Part shown: one piece after another, positions 38,112 to 47,886 of the stretch
Numbering within the stretch: position 1 is the first letter of the stretch
Layout of the letters: the number at the start of each line of letters is the position of its first letter
Assembly (NCBI GenBank): GCA_964608665.1
Contig: CAZSQJ010000011.1
Coordinates: forward strand, 2,744 to 66,743
DNA length: 64,000 nucleotides
Direction: 5' to 3'
DNA from: an uncultured Bacteroidales bacterium
GTDB lineage: Bacteria > Bacteroidota > Bacteroidia > Bacteroidales > CAIXZF01
The notes under the pieces: model-generated
What the model saw: only the letters and a program-made list of their open reading frames with translations
Databases searched by the model: none
What the model was told of the DNA's origin: nothing
Made by a program: the position numbers and the translations under genes

Positions 38112-39434
38112 ATGTCCGACAGCCCTGTCATTGAAAAGAACCACCCGCCCACCATCAGGGCATGGGTCATGTATGACTGGGCCAACTCGGTGTTCCAGCT
38201 CACCATTGCATCAGCCATCTTTCCGGTATATTTTGCAAGCGTCACCATGCGGGAGGGATCCGACAGGATTTCCTTTTTCGGCCTGGAAATCATCAATACG
38301 GTGCTTTATTCATGGACTATTGCTGCGGCCTACCTGCTGGTGGCGGTATTGAGCCCCGGCCTGGGCGCTGTTGCTGATTACACCGGAAGGAGAAAGGCAT
38401 TCATGAAAGGTTTTACCTGGACGGGTGCCGTGGGCTGCGGAATGCTGTTTTTCTTCGGCGATATCCCCATTGAAGCCGGCATGGCGGCCTTTTTCCTGGC
38501 ATGGCTGGGATACGGAGGCAGCCTGGTTTTTTACAATTCCTTCCTTCCGGTAATCGCCGACAGCCGCCACCACGACCATATCAGCGCCCGAGGTTATTCC
38601 ATGGGCTACCTCGGCGGTGTCACCCTGCTCATCATCAACCTTTTATTCATCCTTTTCCCGGCTTTCTTCTTCATCCGCAGTCCTGCACTGCCCTATCAGC
38701 TTTCGTTCCTCACAGTATTTATATGGTGGACGGGATTCGCCCAGATCACATTCAGACACCTGCCGAAATACACCTTCGGAAATCCTCACAGGCGGCACGT
38801 AATCTTGAATGGATACATGGAATTGCTGAAGGTCTGGCGGCAAATCAGGCAATCCCGCAGCATGCTGTTGTACCTGTCCGCTTTCTTCTTTCTGAGCAGC
38901 GGAACGCTCACTGTCATGTTCATGGCTGCCACTTACGGAGAAAAAGAACTCCGCCTGGAGGCACCGGTGCTGATCGGCACCATCCTTTGCATACAACTGC
39001 TCGGGGTAGCCGGTGCCTTTCTGTTTGCAAAGCTTTCAGCCCGTTTTGGCAATATCCGGATGCTGATGGCAGGAAGCCTGCTGTGGGTGATCGTATGTAC
39101 CTGGGCTTACCATATCCGGGGACCGGCCGGATTTATAGCCGTAGCAGCATGTGTCGGGCTCGTCATGGGCGGAACCCAGGCCCTTGCACGGTCAACCTGG
39201 GCGAAAATGCTGCCTGAAACCAGGGATCATACTTCTTACTTCAGCTTCTACGATGTGATGGAAAAGTTATCCACCGTAGCAGGGCTTTTCAGCTTCGGCA
39301 TCATGGAAACACTGACAGGTAACATGAGAAAAAGCGTCCTCAGCGTGGTGGCTTTCTTCACAGCCGCCATGCTCATCCTGGTGATGCTGCAGGCCGGAAC
39401 CGGCAGTCAAAAACCGGTGGCACCGGATCAATAA
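38112..39434 (+). CDS. MFS transporter (UMF1/Atg22-like)
   Basis: AWVMYDWANS, SPGLGAVAD, FYNSFLP, SARGYSMGYLGG and GGTQALARS. Confidence 0.9.
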   Translation: MSDSPVIEKNHPPTIRAWVMYDWANSVFQLTIASAIFPVYFASVTMREGSDRISFFGLEIINTVLYSWTIAAAYLLVAVLSPGLGAVADYTGRRKAFMKGFTWTGAVGCGMLFFFGDIPIEAGMAAFFLAWLGYGGSLVFYNSFLPVIADSRHHDHISARGYSMGYLGGVTLLIINLLFILFPAFFFIRSPALPYQLSFLTVFIWWTGFAQITFRHLPKYTFGNPHRRHVILNGYMELLKVWRQIRQSRSMLLYLSAFFFLSSGTLTVMFMAATYGEKELRLEAPVLIGTILCIQLLGVAGAFLFAKLSARFGNIRMLMAGSLLWVIVCTWAYHIRGPAGFIAVAACVGLVMGGTQALARSTWAKMLPETRDHTSYFSFYDVMEKLSTVAGLFSFGIMETLTGNMRKSVLSVVAFFTAAMLILVMLQAGTGSQKPVAPDQ

Positions 39435-39886
39435 TCCAGCGTCAGGATCCGCCCTTTGGTGAATCCAAAGAAAGCTTCCTTATTGGCAAGCTGTATCCCT
39501 TCCATCAGATCGTCAGGCGTATATCCGGCAAGCTTCAGGCAGGTCGGACAGGCATATACACCCACCCCCTTCTCCAGCAGGGCCTTAATATACACATGAG
39601 CCGGTTCAAAATCCCCAAGCTGCAGTTCCTTTGCATCCTTTACCAGCAGTTCCACCGCGTGGATGTCCATATAAACCATTACATCCCTGTCCTCAGCCAT
39701 CATAGCCGCCATCTTTAACGGCATCAGGGCCCTGTGTGCATCCTGGTATGCCTCAGTAATGTGAATAAACACACCGTCCTTTACCAGAACGGCAGAATCA
39801 GCCGGCATGGATTCACCCACCTGTGTGCTCTGATTGCAGGAAATGCCCATCCAGGCAATTAACAAAAGGAATACGATCTTCTTCAT
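39428..39886 (-). CDS. DsrE/DsrF-like protein with a lipoprotein signal
   Basis: MKKIVFLLLIAWMGISC lipobox, DsrE-like fold with YACPTC. Confidence 0.7.
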   Translation of the reverse strand: MKKIVFLLLIAWMGISCNQSTQVGESMPADSAVLVKDGVFIHITEAYQDAHRALMPLKMAAMMAEDRDVMVYMDIHAVELLVKDAKELQLGDFEPAHVYIKALLEKGVGVYACPTCLKLAGYTPDDLMEGIQLANKEAFFGFTKGRILTLDY

Positions 39887-40031
39887 ACTTTCGTTTTTGA
39901 TAAATTAATACTCAGCGGGAGTAAATATAGTACATTCCTGAATGCAGAAAGTATTATTTTCGCAGCCTGCTTTGCATCAGCCGATGATCATAAGCTGCCG
40001 CCGCTGCCGTTAACGAAGAATATCCTATAAT

Positions 40032-40490
40032 ATGTTAATTATCAATAGCTACGAGGAATTCGCTCAGTTAAAGGGACAGGAACTCGGGGTTTCCGGGTAC
40101 CTGAGGATCACCCAGGAACAAATCAATAAATTTGCGGAAGCCACCCTGGATTTCCAGTGGATCCACCTGGATACCGTAAGAGCAGCGACAGAAAGCCCAT
40201 ATCAGAGCACCATCGCCCACGGTTACCTCAATGTCAGTGTGTTACCCTATCTCTGGGGACAGATCGTGGAGTTCAAAAACGTGAAAATGATGGTGAACTA
40301 CGGGATAGAAAAGCTGAAATTCACCAGCCCGGTGCTTGTCAACGACGAAGTCAGGGTGCGGGCCCGCCTCGAGGATGTGCAGAATCTCAGAGGGATCACA
40401 AAAGCACAGATAGCCATCACCCTTGAAATAAAGGACAAAGCCAAACCGGCACTGGAAGGCCTGATTGTTTTCCTCTATCACTTTGCCTGA
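40032..40490 (+). CDS. MaoC family (hotdog-fold) dehydratase
   Basis: ITQEQINKFAEATLDFQWIH, TIAHGYL and NYGIEKLKF. Confidence 0.92.
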   Translation: MLIINSYEEFAQLKGQELGVSGYLRITQEQINKFAEATLDFQWIHLDTVRAATESPYQSTIAHGYLNVSVLPYLWGQIVEFKNVKMMVNYGIEKLKFTSPVLVNDEVRVRARLEDVQNLRGITKAQIAITLEIKDKAKPALEGLIVFLYHFA

Positions 40491-40643
40491 CAGGCGATTA
40501 GCAATTAACAAACTTTAACAAAAAACAATGGAAACATTTTCCGTTTCTGTTGTTTCCTTGGCGGATTCTGCCGTCCTTTGCAGGCCGGAATCAGGGAGGT
40601 GTTTTCTCCTCGTTTTTAGTAATACAAACCAAAACAAGTGTTC

Positions 40644-41267
40644 ATGGATGATAAGTTTATCGAGATCCTGGAGAAAACCAGGGAGTTGTCTTTCAGGTAC
40701 CCCATCCGCAGGATGACCTTTGAAAAAATTGCCGACAAGCTGGGTGTTTCGCGCATGGAACTGAAATCTTATGTGAAGACAAAAACGGAATTGGTTGAGA
40801 AAGCGCTTGAATTCGAACGTTTCAGCTTCCAGGTGATCTTTCAGAAGCATGATTTTGAGGGTGTGAATGCCATTGACATCCTGTTCACCGTCAGCAAGGA
40901 AATGAGCCGCAGGTTCAGGGACATCAATCCCGCCCTTACCGTTGACCTGAGAAAGTACTTCCCCGAGATTTACCAGAAGCATATCGAAGCCAAATATGAT
41001 TTCATTTTCAACAAAATGAAAATCAATATTGAAAAGGGGATCAGCCAGGGGATGTACCGCAACGACCTGAGTGTGGAACTGGTGGCAAGGCTTTACATGG
41101 CCCGCCTGATGGATATCCATAATCCGGAGCTGTTCCCTCCGGAGATGTTCTCTTTCGAACTGCTGTTCAATTACACCATTGAGAGTTTTGTACGGAGTGT
41201 GGCTACTGCGGAGGGACTGAACTATTTTGAGACCAGAATGAAATGCCTGAAAACAGATGGGAAGTGA
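40644..41267 (+). CDS. TetR-family protein with a divergent HTH (tandem copy 1)
   Basis: MTFEKIADKLGVSR, and a C-terminal GI.QGMYRNDL.VELVARLY segment shared with copy 2. Confidence 0.8.
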   Translation: MDDKFIEILEKTRELSFRYPIRRMTFEKIADKLGVSRMELKSYVKTKTELVEKALEFERFSFQVIFQKHDFEGVNAIDILFTVSKEMSRRFRDINPALTVDLRKYFPEIYQKHIEAKYDFIFNKMKINIEKGISQGMYRNDLSVELVARLYMARLMDIHNPELFPPEMFSFELLFNYTIESFVRSVATAEGLNYFETRMKCLKTDGK

Positions 41268-41895
41268 TATGAAGGACGAAAAGTATGAACGGATACTGAA
41301 TGAGTCGGGAAAGATCTTTCAGACATACGGGATCAGGAATGTATCCATGGATGATATCTGCACCACACTCGGGATCTCCAAGAAGACGCTGTACCAGTAC
41401 GTAGACAACAAGGCAGACCTGATCTTCAAAATCCTTGAGGCACATCACGAGGTTTACCAGCATTTTATCCGGGACCAGATTGCCCGTGGAGGAAATGCCA
41501 TTGACATCATGATGGCGGTGGATTCTTTTGTATGCAGCGAAATGAAAAACTATACCCCCGACAACATCTTCGTTTTGAAGAAATACTACCCGGAGGTTTA
41601 CCAGGCCATTTTTGAGATGAAGCGGAATTCCATCCTGGAAGGCATCACGGCCAATCTGAATGCCGGGATCAGGGACGGACTGTACCGCAAAGACCTGGAT
41701 GTGGATCTGGTAGCCCTGATGTTCGTGAAAAATCTCGAAGAGATCCACCAGCTTGAAATGAGCAGCAGCAACGACAGCAGTTTTGAGAAGATTTTCGAGA
41801 CGATGTACGATCATCATATCCGGGCCATTGTCACTCCTGCCGGTCTCGATTATTATGAAAAGAAAAAAATCAACCACAATAAAGCATACTCATGA
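41257..41895 (+). CDS. TetR/AcrR family regulator (tandem copy 2)
   Basis: Canonical YGIRNVSMDDICTTLGISKKTLYQYV. Start 41257 or 41269. Confidence 0.9.
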   Translation: MGSDMKDEKYERILNESGKIFQTYGIRNVSMDDICTTLGISKKTLYQYVDNKADLIFKILEAHHEVYQHFIRDQIARGGNAIDIMMAVDSFVCSEMKNYTPDNIFVLKKYYPEVYQAIFEMKRNSILEGITANLNAGIRDGLYRKDLDVDLVALMFVKNLEEIHQLEMSSSNDSSFEKIFETMYDHHIRAIVTPAGLDYYEKKKINHNKAYS

Positions 41896-43289
41896 AAAAC
41901 TACATTCTCCTGTTCATCATCCTGCTCTCCTGCTGGTTTACGGGCCGGCTGACCGCCCAGGAAGCCGGAAAGACATTCAGCCTGAAGGAGGCACAGGACT
42001 ACGCACTTAAACACCATGCCACAGCCAGAAATGCAGGAATTGACCTGGAACTTGCGAAGAAGAAGATATGGGAAACCACGGCTATCGGGCTTCCCCAGGT
42101 CAATGCCGCCATATCTTACCAGTATATGCTGGATGTTCCTACCACACTGCTGCCCGATTTCATTACCCCGGCCATCATTGGTGTGAACAAACAATTGTTC
42201 GGACTGGAGCTTATTGAACCCGAACCGCCCATTCAGTACTTCCCGGCCAAATTCGGCACCGAACAAAACCTCAGCCTGCAGGGAACCCTCTCGCAACTGA
42301 TCTTCAACGGACAATACCTGGTCGGATTACAGGCTGCCCGCACTTTTTACCGCTCGGCCGAAAAAAACCTCGAAAAAGCCGGCATTGAAGTCCGTGCCAA
42401 CCTCACCCAGACATATTATATGCTTGCCGTTTTCAAGGAAAACCGGAAACTGCTCTCCAAAACCGTTACATCCGTTGAGCGGACGCTTTTTGAACTGGAA
42501 GAGTCCTATAAGAACGGCCTGGTGGAAGACATTGTGGTAGACCAGATGAAGTACAACCTTGCCAACCTCCGTAATACACTAACCGCAGTAGACGGACAAC
42601 TGGTGGTTGCTGACAAACTGCTGAAGTTCCAGATGGGCCTCGACCTGACGGAAAACATCACCATCACCGACAGTGTCCCTGTGCTGCTCGAAAGCATCAA
42701 CCAGCTTCCCATGGAAGCAGGAACATTCAAGGCAGAAAACCATATCGACTACCGCATCGTGGAAACCGGCGAACAACTCCAGTACCTGAACCTCAAAAAA
42801 GAACAGGCCAATTACCTGCCGGTGCTGAGTGCCTTCTTTACAAGGCAGGAAAACGCCATGCGGGATCAATTCGATTTTCTCGACAAATCCGGGGAATGGT
42901 ATCCCACCACCATCCTCGGGATCAACCTTTCGGTGCCCATCTTCACCAGCGGCATGCAACATGCCAGGGTACAGCAGGCCCGTCTTGAACTGGAAAAGAT
43001 GCGCAACACCAAAAGCCAGGTGAAGCAGGGGCTCAGCCTTGCCGCAGAAGAAGCAAGGATTACCTATAACAATGCCCTGGATAAATTTCTCGCCGAAAAA
43101 GACAACCTCGGTCTGAGCGATAAAATCTACCAGAAAACCCTGATTAAATTCAGGGAAGGGATCGCCAGCAGCACCGAACTCACCCAGAATTACAACCAGT
43201 ACCTTACAAGTCAGACAACCTATTTCAACACCCTGTTCGAGCTGCTGAATGCAAGGATCATGCTCGACAAAGCCTATCAGCAATTTTAA
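41892..43289 (+). CDS. TolC-family outer-membrane efflux protein
   Basis: FSLKEAQDYAL, LPQVNA, YLPVLSAF and LSVPIFTSG. Confidence 0.9.
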   Translation: MKNYILLFIILLSCWFTGRLTAQEAGKTFSLKEAQDYALKHHATARNAGIDLELAKKKIWETTAIGLPQVNAAISYQYMLDVPTTLLPDFITPAIIGVNKQLFGLELIEPEPPIQYFPAKFGTEQNLSLQGTLSQLIFNGQYLVGLQAARTFYRSAEKNLEKAGIEVRANLTQTYYMLAVFKENRKLLSKTVTSVERTLFELEESYKNGLVEDIVVDQMKYNLANLRNTLTAVDGQLVVADKLLKFQMGLDLTENITITDSVPVLLESINQLPMEAGTFKAENHIDYRIVETGEQLQYLNLKKEQANYLPVLSAFFTRQENAMRDQFDFLDKSGEWYPTTILGINLSVPIFTSGMQHARVQQARLELEKMRNTKSQVKQGLSLAAEEARITYNNALDKFLAEKDNLGLSDKIYQKTLIKFREGIASSTELTQNYNQYLTSQTTYFNTLFELLNARIMLDKAYQQF

Positions 43290-43311
43290 ACCGCACTAAC
43301 ACGATACAAGA

Positions 43312-44427
43312 ATGAAAAAGCTATGGATCTTCGCCGGCCTGCTCCTGATGATCGCCGGCTGCAACAACAAACAGGACAAAAAAGCAGAACTGGCCCGGCT
43401 CATCACACAGCGGGAAGCGCTTACGGAACAGATCAACAAACTCCGCCAGGAAATCGCCCTGACGGATTCCACCGTGGATGACACCCGTAGCAAAACCGTT
43501 GTGGTCACAGCCATTCAACCCCGAATCTTTAACCACTTCATTGAAATCCAGGGAAAAGTTGACGGAGATGAGAATATCGGGGTGAATCCCCGGACCGGCG
43601 GTGTGGTTAGCAATATCATGGTGAAAGTCGGCGACCGGGTATCCCGCGGGCAGACCCTCATGGAGCTGGATGCCGAAGTCACCCGCAGATCGCTCGACGA
43701 AGTAAAGGAAAGACTGGCATTTGCAACCACAGTTTACAATAAATATAAAAACCTCTGGGACCAGAAGATCGGATCCGAGATTGAATACCTCAGTGCCAAA
43801 AACAATAAGGAGAGTCTGGAAAGAACGGTGAAAACGCTTGAGGAAACCCTGGAAATGTCGCGCATCGTGTCTCCCATTAACGGCACAGTGGAGGAAATCC
43901 CCGTGAAGATCGGACAGGCCGTATCACCCGGATTCCCTGCCATCCGCGTAATCAACTTTTCCAGGATCAAGGTGGTGGCCGAACTGGCTGAATCCTATGC
44001 CCGAAGAGTGAAAGCAGGCGATGAGGTAAACCTCTATTTTCCCGACTACAACCAGGAAACCTCGGCCCGTATCACTTTCGCCAGCAAATACATCAACCCG
44101 GTGAACAGAACCTTCCAGATCGAAGTCGACCTGAATGAGCCCGGCAACGGATACAAGGCCAACATGGTGGCTGTGGTCAGGATCAACGATTACAGCAACC
44201 CCGCCGCATTTGCGGTTCCTGTTAATGCCTTGCAGAAGTCGGCAGATGGACAGTTCGTTTTCCTGGCCCGGCCCGGCAAAGGCGGGTATGTGGCACATAA
44301 ACAACCCATCAGCATCGGACTTATTTACAATGGATTGGCTGAAGTTACCTCGGGACTGGAAGCAGGCAACCAGGTGATCACCATGGGCTACCAGGATCTG
44401 TATGAAGGACAACCCGTCAGACTCTGA
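43312..44427 (+). CDS. RND efflux periplasmic adaptor subunit (lipoprotein)
   Basis: Lipobox IAGC, lipoyl motifs VKVGDRVSRGQ and SPINGTV, NPVNRTF. Confidence 0.92.
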   Translation: MKKLWIFAGLLLMIAGCNNKQDKKAELARLITQREALTEQINKLRQEIALTDSTVDDTRSKTVVVTAIQPRIFNHFIEIQGKVDGDENIGVNPRTGGVVSNIMVKVGDRVSRGQTLMELDAEVTRRSLDEVKERLAFATTVYNKYKNLWDQKIGSEIEYLSAKNNKESLERTVKTLEETLEMSRIVSPINGTVEEIPVKIGQAVSPGFPAIRVINFSRIKVVAELAESYARRVKAGDEVNLYFPDYNQETSARITFASKYINPVNRTFQIEVDLNEPGNGYKANMVAVVRINDYSNPAAFAVPVNALQKSADGQFVFLARPGKGGYVAHKQPISIGLIYNGLAEVTSGLEAGNQVITMGYQDLYEGQPVRL

Positions 44428-44465
44428 TCCGCTTTCATGAATTTCATCCTCATTAACGCACTGCC

Positions 44466-47400
44466 ATGAAAGAGATCACAGAAAAAGTACGGGAGTTCTT
44501 CGGAACTTCCTGGGCCATCGACAACCGCTCCAGTATTTACGTCCTTACAGTCATCATCACCATCCTGGGACTGTTCAGCTATTTTACCATGCCCAAGGAG
44601 TCGTTCCCCGAAGTGGTGATCCCCACGGTGCTCGTCAGCACTGTATATCCGGGAACATCGCCCCAGGACATGGAAAACCTGGTGACCAGACCCATTGAAA
44701 AAGAACTGAAATCCCTGGCCGACGTAAAAAACATCACCAGCTCCTCCCTGCAGGATTATTCCACAATCGCAGTTGAATTCAACACCGATGTGGAGATACC
44801 CGAAGCCAAACAAAGGGTGAAAGATGCCGTGGACAAAGCCCGTCCGAATCTTCCCAATAACCTTCCCAACGAACCCGACGTCATGGACATCGACCTGTCG
44901 GAATTCCCCATCATGTATATCCAGTTGTCGGGCAATTACGACCTGGACCGCTTGAAGAAATACGCGGAAACTGCCCAGGATAAGATCGAAACGCTCAAAG
45001 AGATCACCCGTGTGGATATCGTTGGTGCCCTCGAAAGGGAAATCCAGGTGAATCTGGATATGTACAAACTCCAGATCGCAAGCCTTACACTGGGTGATGT
45101 GGAAAGGGCCATTGCCAGCGAAAACCTCACCATTTCAGGTGGTAACATGACCACTTACGGAATGAAACGATCTATCAGGGTTGAAGGTCAGTTTAAAGAT
45201 CCCGCTGAGATATCCGATATCGCGCTCCAGTCATCCAGCGGCGCCATGGTGTATATCAAGGATATCGCCACGGTTAAGGACACCTTCAGGGAACAGGAAA
45301 GCTTCTCCCGCCTAAACGGGAAAAACGTGATCACCCTGAATGTGATCAAAAAGAGCGGGGAAAACCTGCTCAATGCTTCCGACCAGATCAAGGGGATCCT
45401 TGATGAAATGAAAATCTCGAACTTCCCTCCTGACCTCGACGTAGTGCTTACCGGCGAACAATCGCGCTATACCAGGAATACCCTGGAAGAACTCAACTTC
45501 ACCATGATCGTTGGCTTCCTGCTCGTGACCCTGGTGCTGATGTTCTTCATGGGCTTCACCAATGCCTTCTTCGTTGCCCTGGCCGTTCCCCTGTCGATGT
45601 TTATCGCCTATATGATCATGCCGGCTCTGGATTATTCCCTGAACATGATGACCATGTTCAGCTTCATCTTTGCCCTGGGGATCATCGTGGACGATGCCAT
45701 CGTGGTGATAGAAAACACCCACCGCATCCATAAATTCCAGCCGGATATCGTGAAAGCCGCCAAATACGGCGCCGGGGAAGTCTTTCTGCCTATCCTGTCA
45801 GGAACCCTTACCACCCTGGCACCCTTCTTTCCTTTGATCTTCTGGCCGGGTATCGTGGGTCAGTTCATGATCTACCTGCCGGTTACCCTGATCATCTCCC
45901 TATTTGCCTCACTCTTCGTAGCTTATTTCATCAATCCGGTCTTCGCGGTTTCCTTTATGAAACATGAATACCACACTATGAAAGATACGGAAAAAAGAAG
46001 AAGGCTCAGGAGAAGTTCCATCCTCTTCCTGGTCCTTGCACTGCTCTTCCACCTGATGCGCTGGCCCGGTATGGGGAATTTCATGATCCTGGTCTTCATC
46101 CTCAACCTCCTGTTCCACCTCTACATCAAAAAGGCCATCAAATGGTTCCAGTCAACCGGCTGGCCGGCCGTACTGAACCTTTACGAAAAACAACTCCGTT
46201 TCTTCCTCAGGGGAAGGATGCCCTACTGGCTGCTGGGCGGCATCTCAGCCCTGTTCTTCCTTGCCTTTGTAATTGCCGGCATGGCCAATCTGAAGGTCAG
46301 GTTCTTTCCCGACAACGAACCCAATAACATCTATGTGATGATCAGCCTGCCGGTGGGTACCGACCAGCTTGTGACCGACAGCATCACCATCGTGGTGGAA
46401 AAAAAGGTGATGGAAGTGCTCGGGGAAGACAATCCCGACGTGGAATCGGTCATAGCCAACGTGGCCCTCGGCGCCGGCGACCCGGAAGGCTTCGACCGCT
46501 CTGTGGCCTCAGAAAAGGGAATGATCACGGTCAACTTCGTGGAACATAAGTACCGCAAAGGACCCAAAACGGAAACCTACCTCGAAAAGATCCGGGAGGT
46601 GGTGAAAGGAATACCTGCGGCCAATATCGTGGTTCAGAAAAACAGCATGGGCCCCCCTACCGGAAAACCCATCAATATCGAGATCAGCGGCGAAGATCTG
46701 CCCGTTCTCATCGCCAATGCGGAAGCATTCCAGAACTACCTTGACTCAGCGCAGATCCAGGGAATCCAGGAACTTAAATCGAACTTCGATCAATACAAGC
46801 CGGAGGTCATCATTAAGATCGACCGCGAAAGGGCCAACCGCGAAGGCATCTCCACCGGCCAGATCGCCATGGAAATCCGTAATGCCGTGTATGGTGCCGA
46901 AGTATCGAAATTCAAAGACGGGGAGGACGAATATCCCATACAGCTCCGCTATGATGAGAAAACGCGTAAAAACGTGGATGCCCTCATCAACCTGAAAATC
47001 ATCTTTATGGATATGGTTTCGGGAAAACTGCGCCAGATCCCGCTTTCCTCGGTGGCGTCCATTCATTACCAGGACAGCTATGGCAGCATCAACCGGAAAA
47101 ACCTTAAAAGGGTGATCACCATTTCTTCGGAAGTGCTCAGCGGTTATACCGCCAATGAGGTGGTTGCCAAGATCAAAACCCTGGCGGAAAGATTTCCCAA
47201 AAGCATGGGCATCGAGATCAAACTGACAGGAGAACAGGAGGAACAGGCCGAAACATCGAACTTCCTCTTCCTGGCCATGATCATATCGATGGGTCTGATC
47301 TTCTTCATCCTGATCACCCAGTTTAATTCCATCGGCAAGGCAATGATCATCCTGAGCGAGGTGGTCTTCTCCATCATCGGGGTGATCATTGGCTACGCCA

Positions 47401-47879
47401 TCTTCGGAATGGACATCTCCATCCTGATGACCGGCCTGGGAATCGTGGCCCTGGGAGGGATCGTCGTAAGGAACGGCATATTGATCGTGGAATTCACCGA
47501 TGTACTGAAGAGCCAGGGACTAAAAACACGCCAGGCGCTGATACAGGCCGGAAAAACCCGTATCACCCCGGTGATCCTGACAGCCACCGCTACCATGATG
47601 GGACTGGTTCCCCTGGCCCTCGGCCTGAACATCAACTTCGTAACCCTGTTTACGGAACTCAATCCGCACATCCACTACGGCGGCGACAATGTGATGTTCT
47701 GGGGTCCGCTTTCATGGTCCATCATCTTCGGACTGAGTTTCGCCACCTTCCTTACACTGATCTTCGTTCCTGCCATGTACCTGATGTATGAAGCCTTCAA
47801 GGTCAGGCTCAGCAGGAGAAGGTCCAATAAGATCTACCGCAGGTTGCAGAAGGGAGAATCCCCCTTTATGTGGGATTAA
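44466..47879 (+). CDS. RND efflux permease (AcrB/AcrD/AcrF family)
   Basis: PKESFPEV, GIIVDDAIVVIEN, GIVVRNGILIV and RITPVILTA. Confidence 0.95.
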   Translation: MKEITEKVREFFGTSWAIDNRSSIYVLTVIITILGLFSYFTMPKESFPEVVIPTVLVSTVYPGTSPQDMENLVTRPIEKELKSLADVKNITSSSLQDYSTIAVEFNTDVEIPEAKQRVKDAVDKARPNLPNNLPNEPDVMDIDLSEFPIMYIQLSGNYDLDRLKKYAETAQDKIETLKEITRVDIVGALEREIQVNLDMYKLQIASLTLGDVERAIASENLTISGGNMTTYGMKRSIRVEGQFKDPAEISDIALQSSSGAMVYIKDIATVKDTFREQESFSRLNGKNVITLNVIKKSGENLLNASDQIKGILDEMKISNFPPDLDVVLTGEQSRYTRNTLEELNFTMIVGFLLVTLVLMFFMGFTNAFFVALAVPLSMFIAYMIMPALDYSLNMMTMFSFIFALGIIVDDAIVVIENTHRIHKFQPDIVKAAKYGAGEVFLPILSGTLTTLAPFFPLIFWPGIVGQFMIYLPVTLIISLFASLFVAYFINPVFAVSFMKHEYHTMKDTEKRRRLRRSSILFLVLALLFHLMRWPGMGNFMILVFILNLLFHLYIKKAIKWFQSTGWPAVLNLYEKQLRFFLRGRMPYWLLGGISALFFLAFVIAGMANLKVRFFPDNEPNNIYVMISLPVGTDQLVTDSITIVVEKKVMEVLGEDNPDVESVIANVALGAGDPEGFDRSVASEKGMITVNFVEHKYRKGPKTETYLEKIREVVKGIPAANIVVQKNSMGPPTGKPINIEISGEDLPVLIANAEAFQNYLDSAQIQGIQELKSNFDQYKPEVIIKIDRERANREGISTGQIAMEIRNAVYGAEVSKFKDGEDEYPIQLRYDEKTRKNVDALINLKIIFMDMVSGKLRQIPLSSVASIHYQDSYGSINRKNLKRVITISSEVLSGYTANEVVAKIKTLAERFPKSMGIEIKLTGEQEEQAETSNFLFLAMIISMGLIFFILITQFNSIGKAMIILSEVVFSIIGVIIGYAIFGMDISILMTGLGIVALGGIVVRNGILIVEFTDVLKSQGLKTRQALIQAGKTRITPVILTATATMMGLVPLALGLNINFVTLFTELNPHIHYGGDNVMFWGPLSWSIIFGLSFATFLTLIFVPAMYLMYEAFKVRLSRRRSNKIYRRLQKGESPFMWD

Positions 47880-47886
47880 CAGCAGA

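Noticed and set aside
39955-40031. Riboswitch in the leader of the MaoC gene
   Set aside because: GC-rich but no recognisable SAM, TPP, cobalamin or other aptamer consensus.
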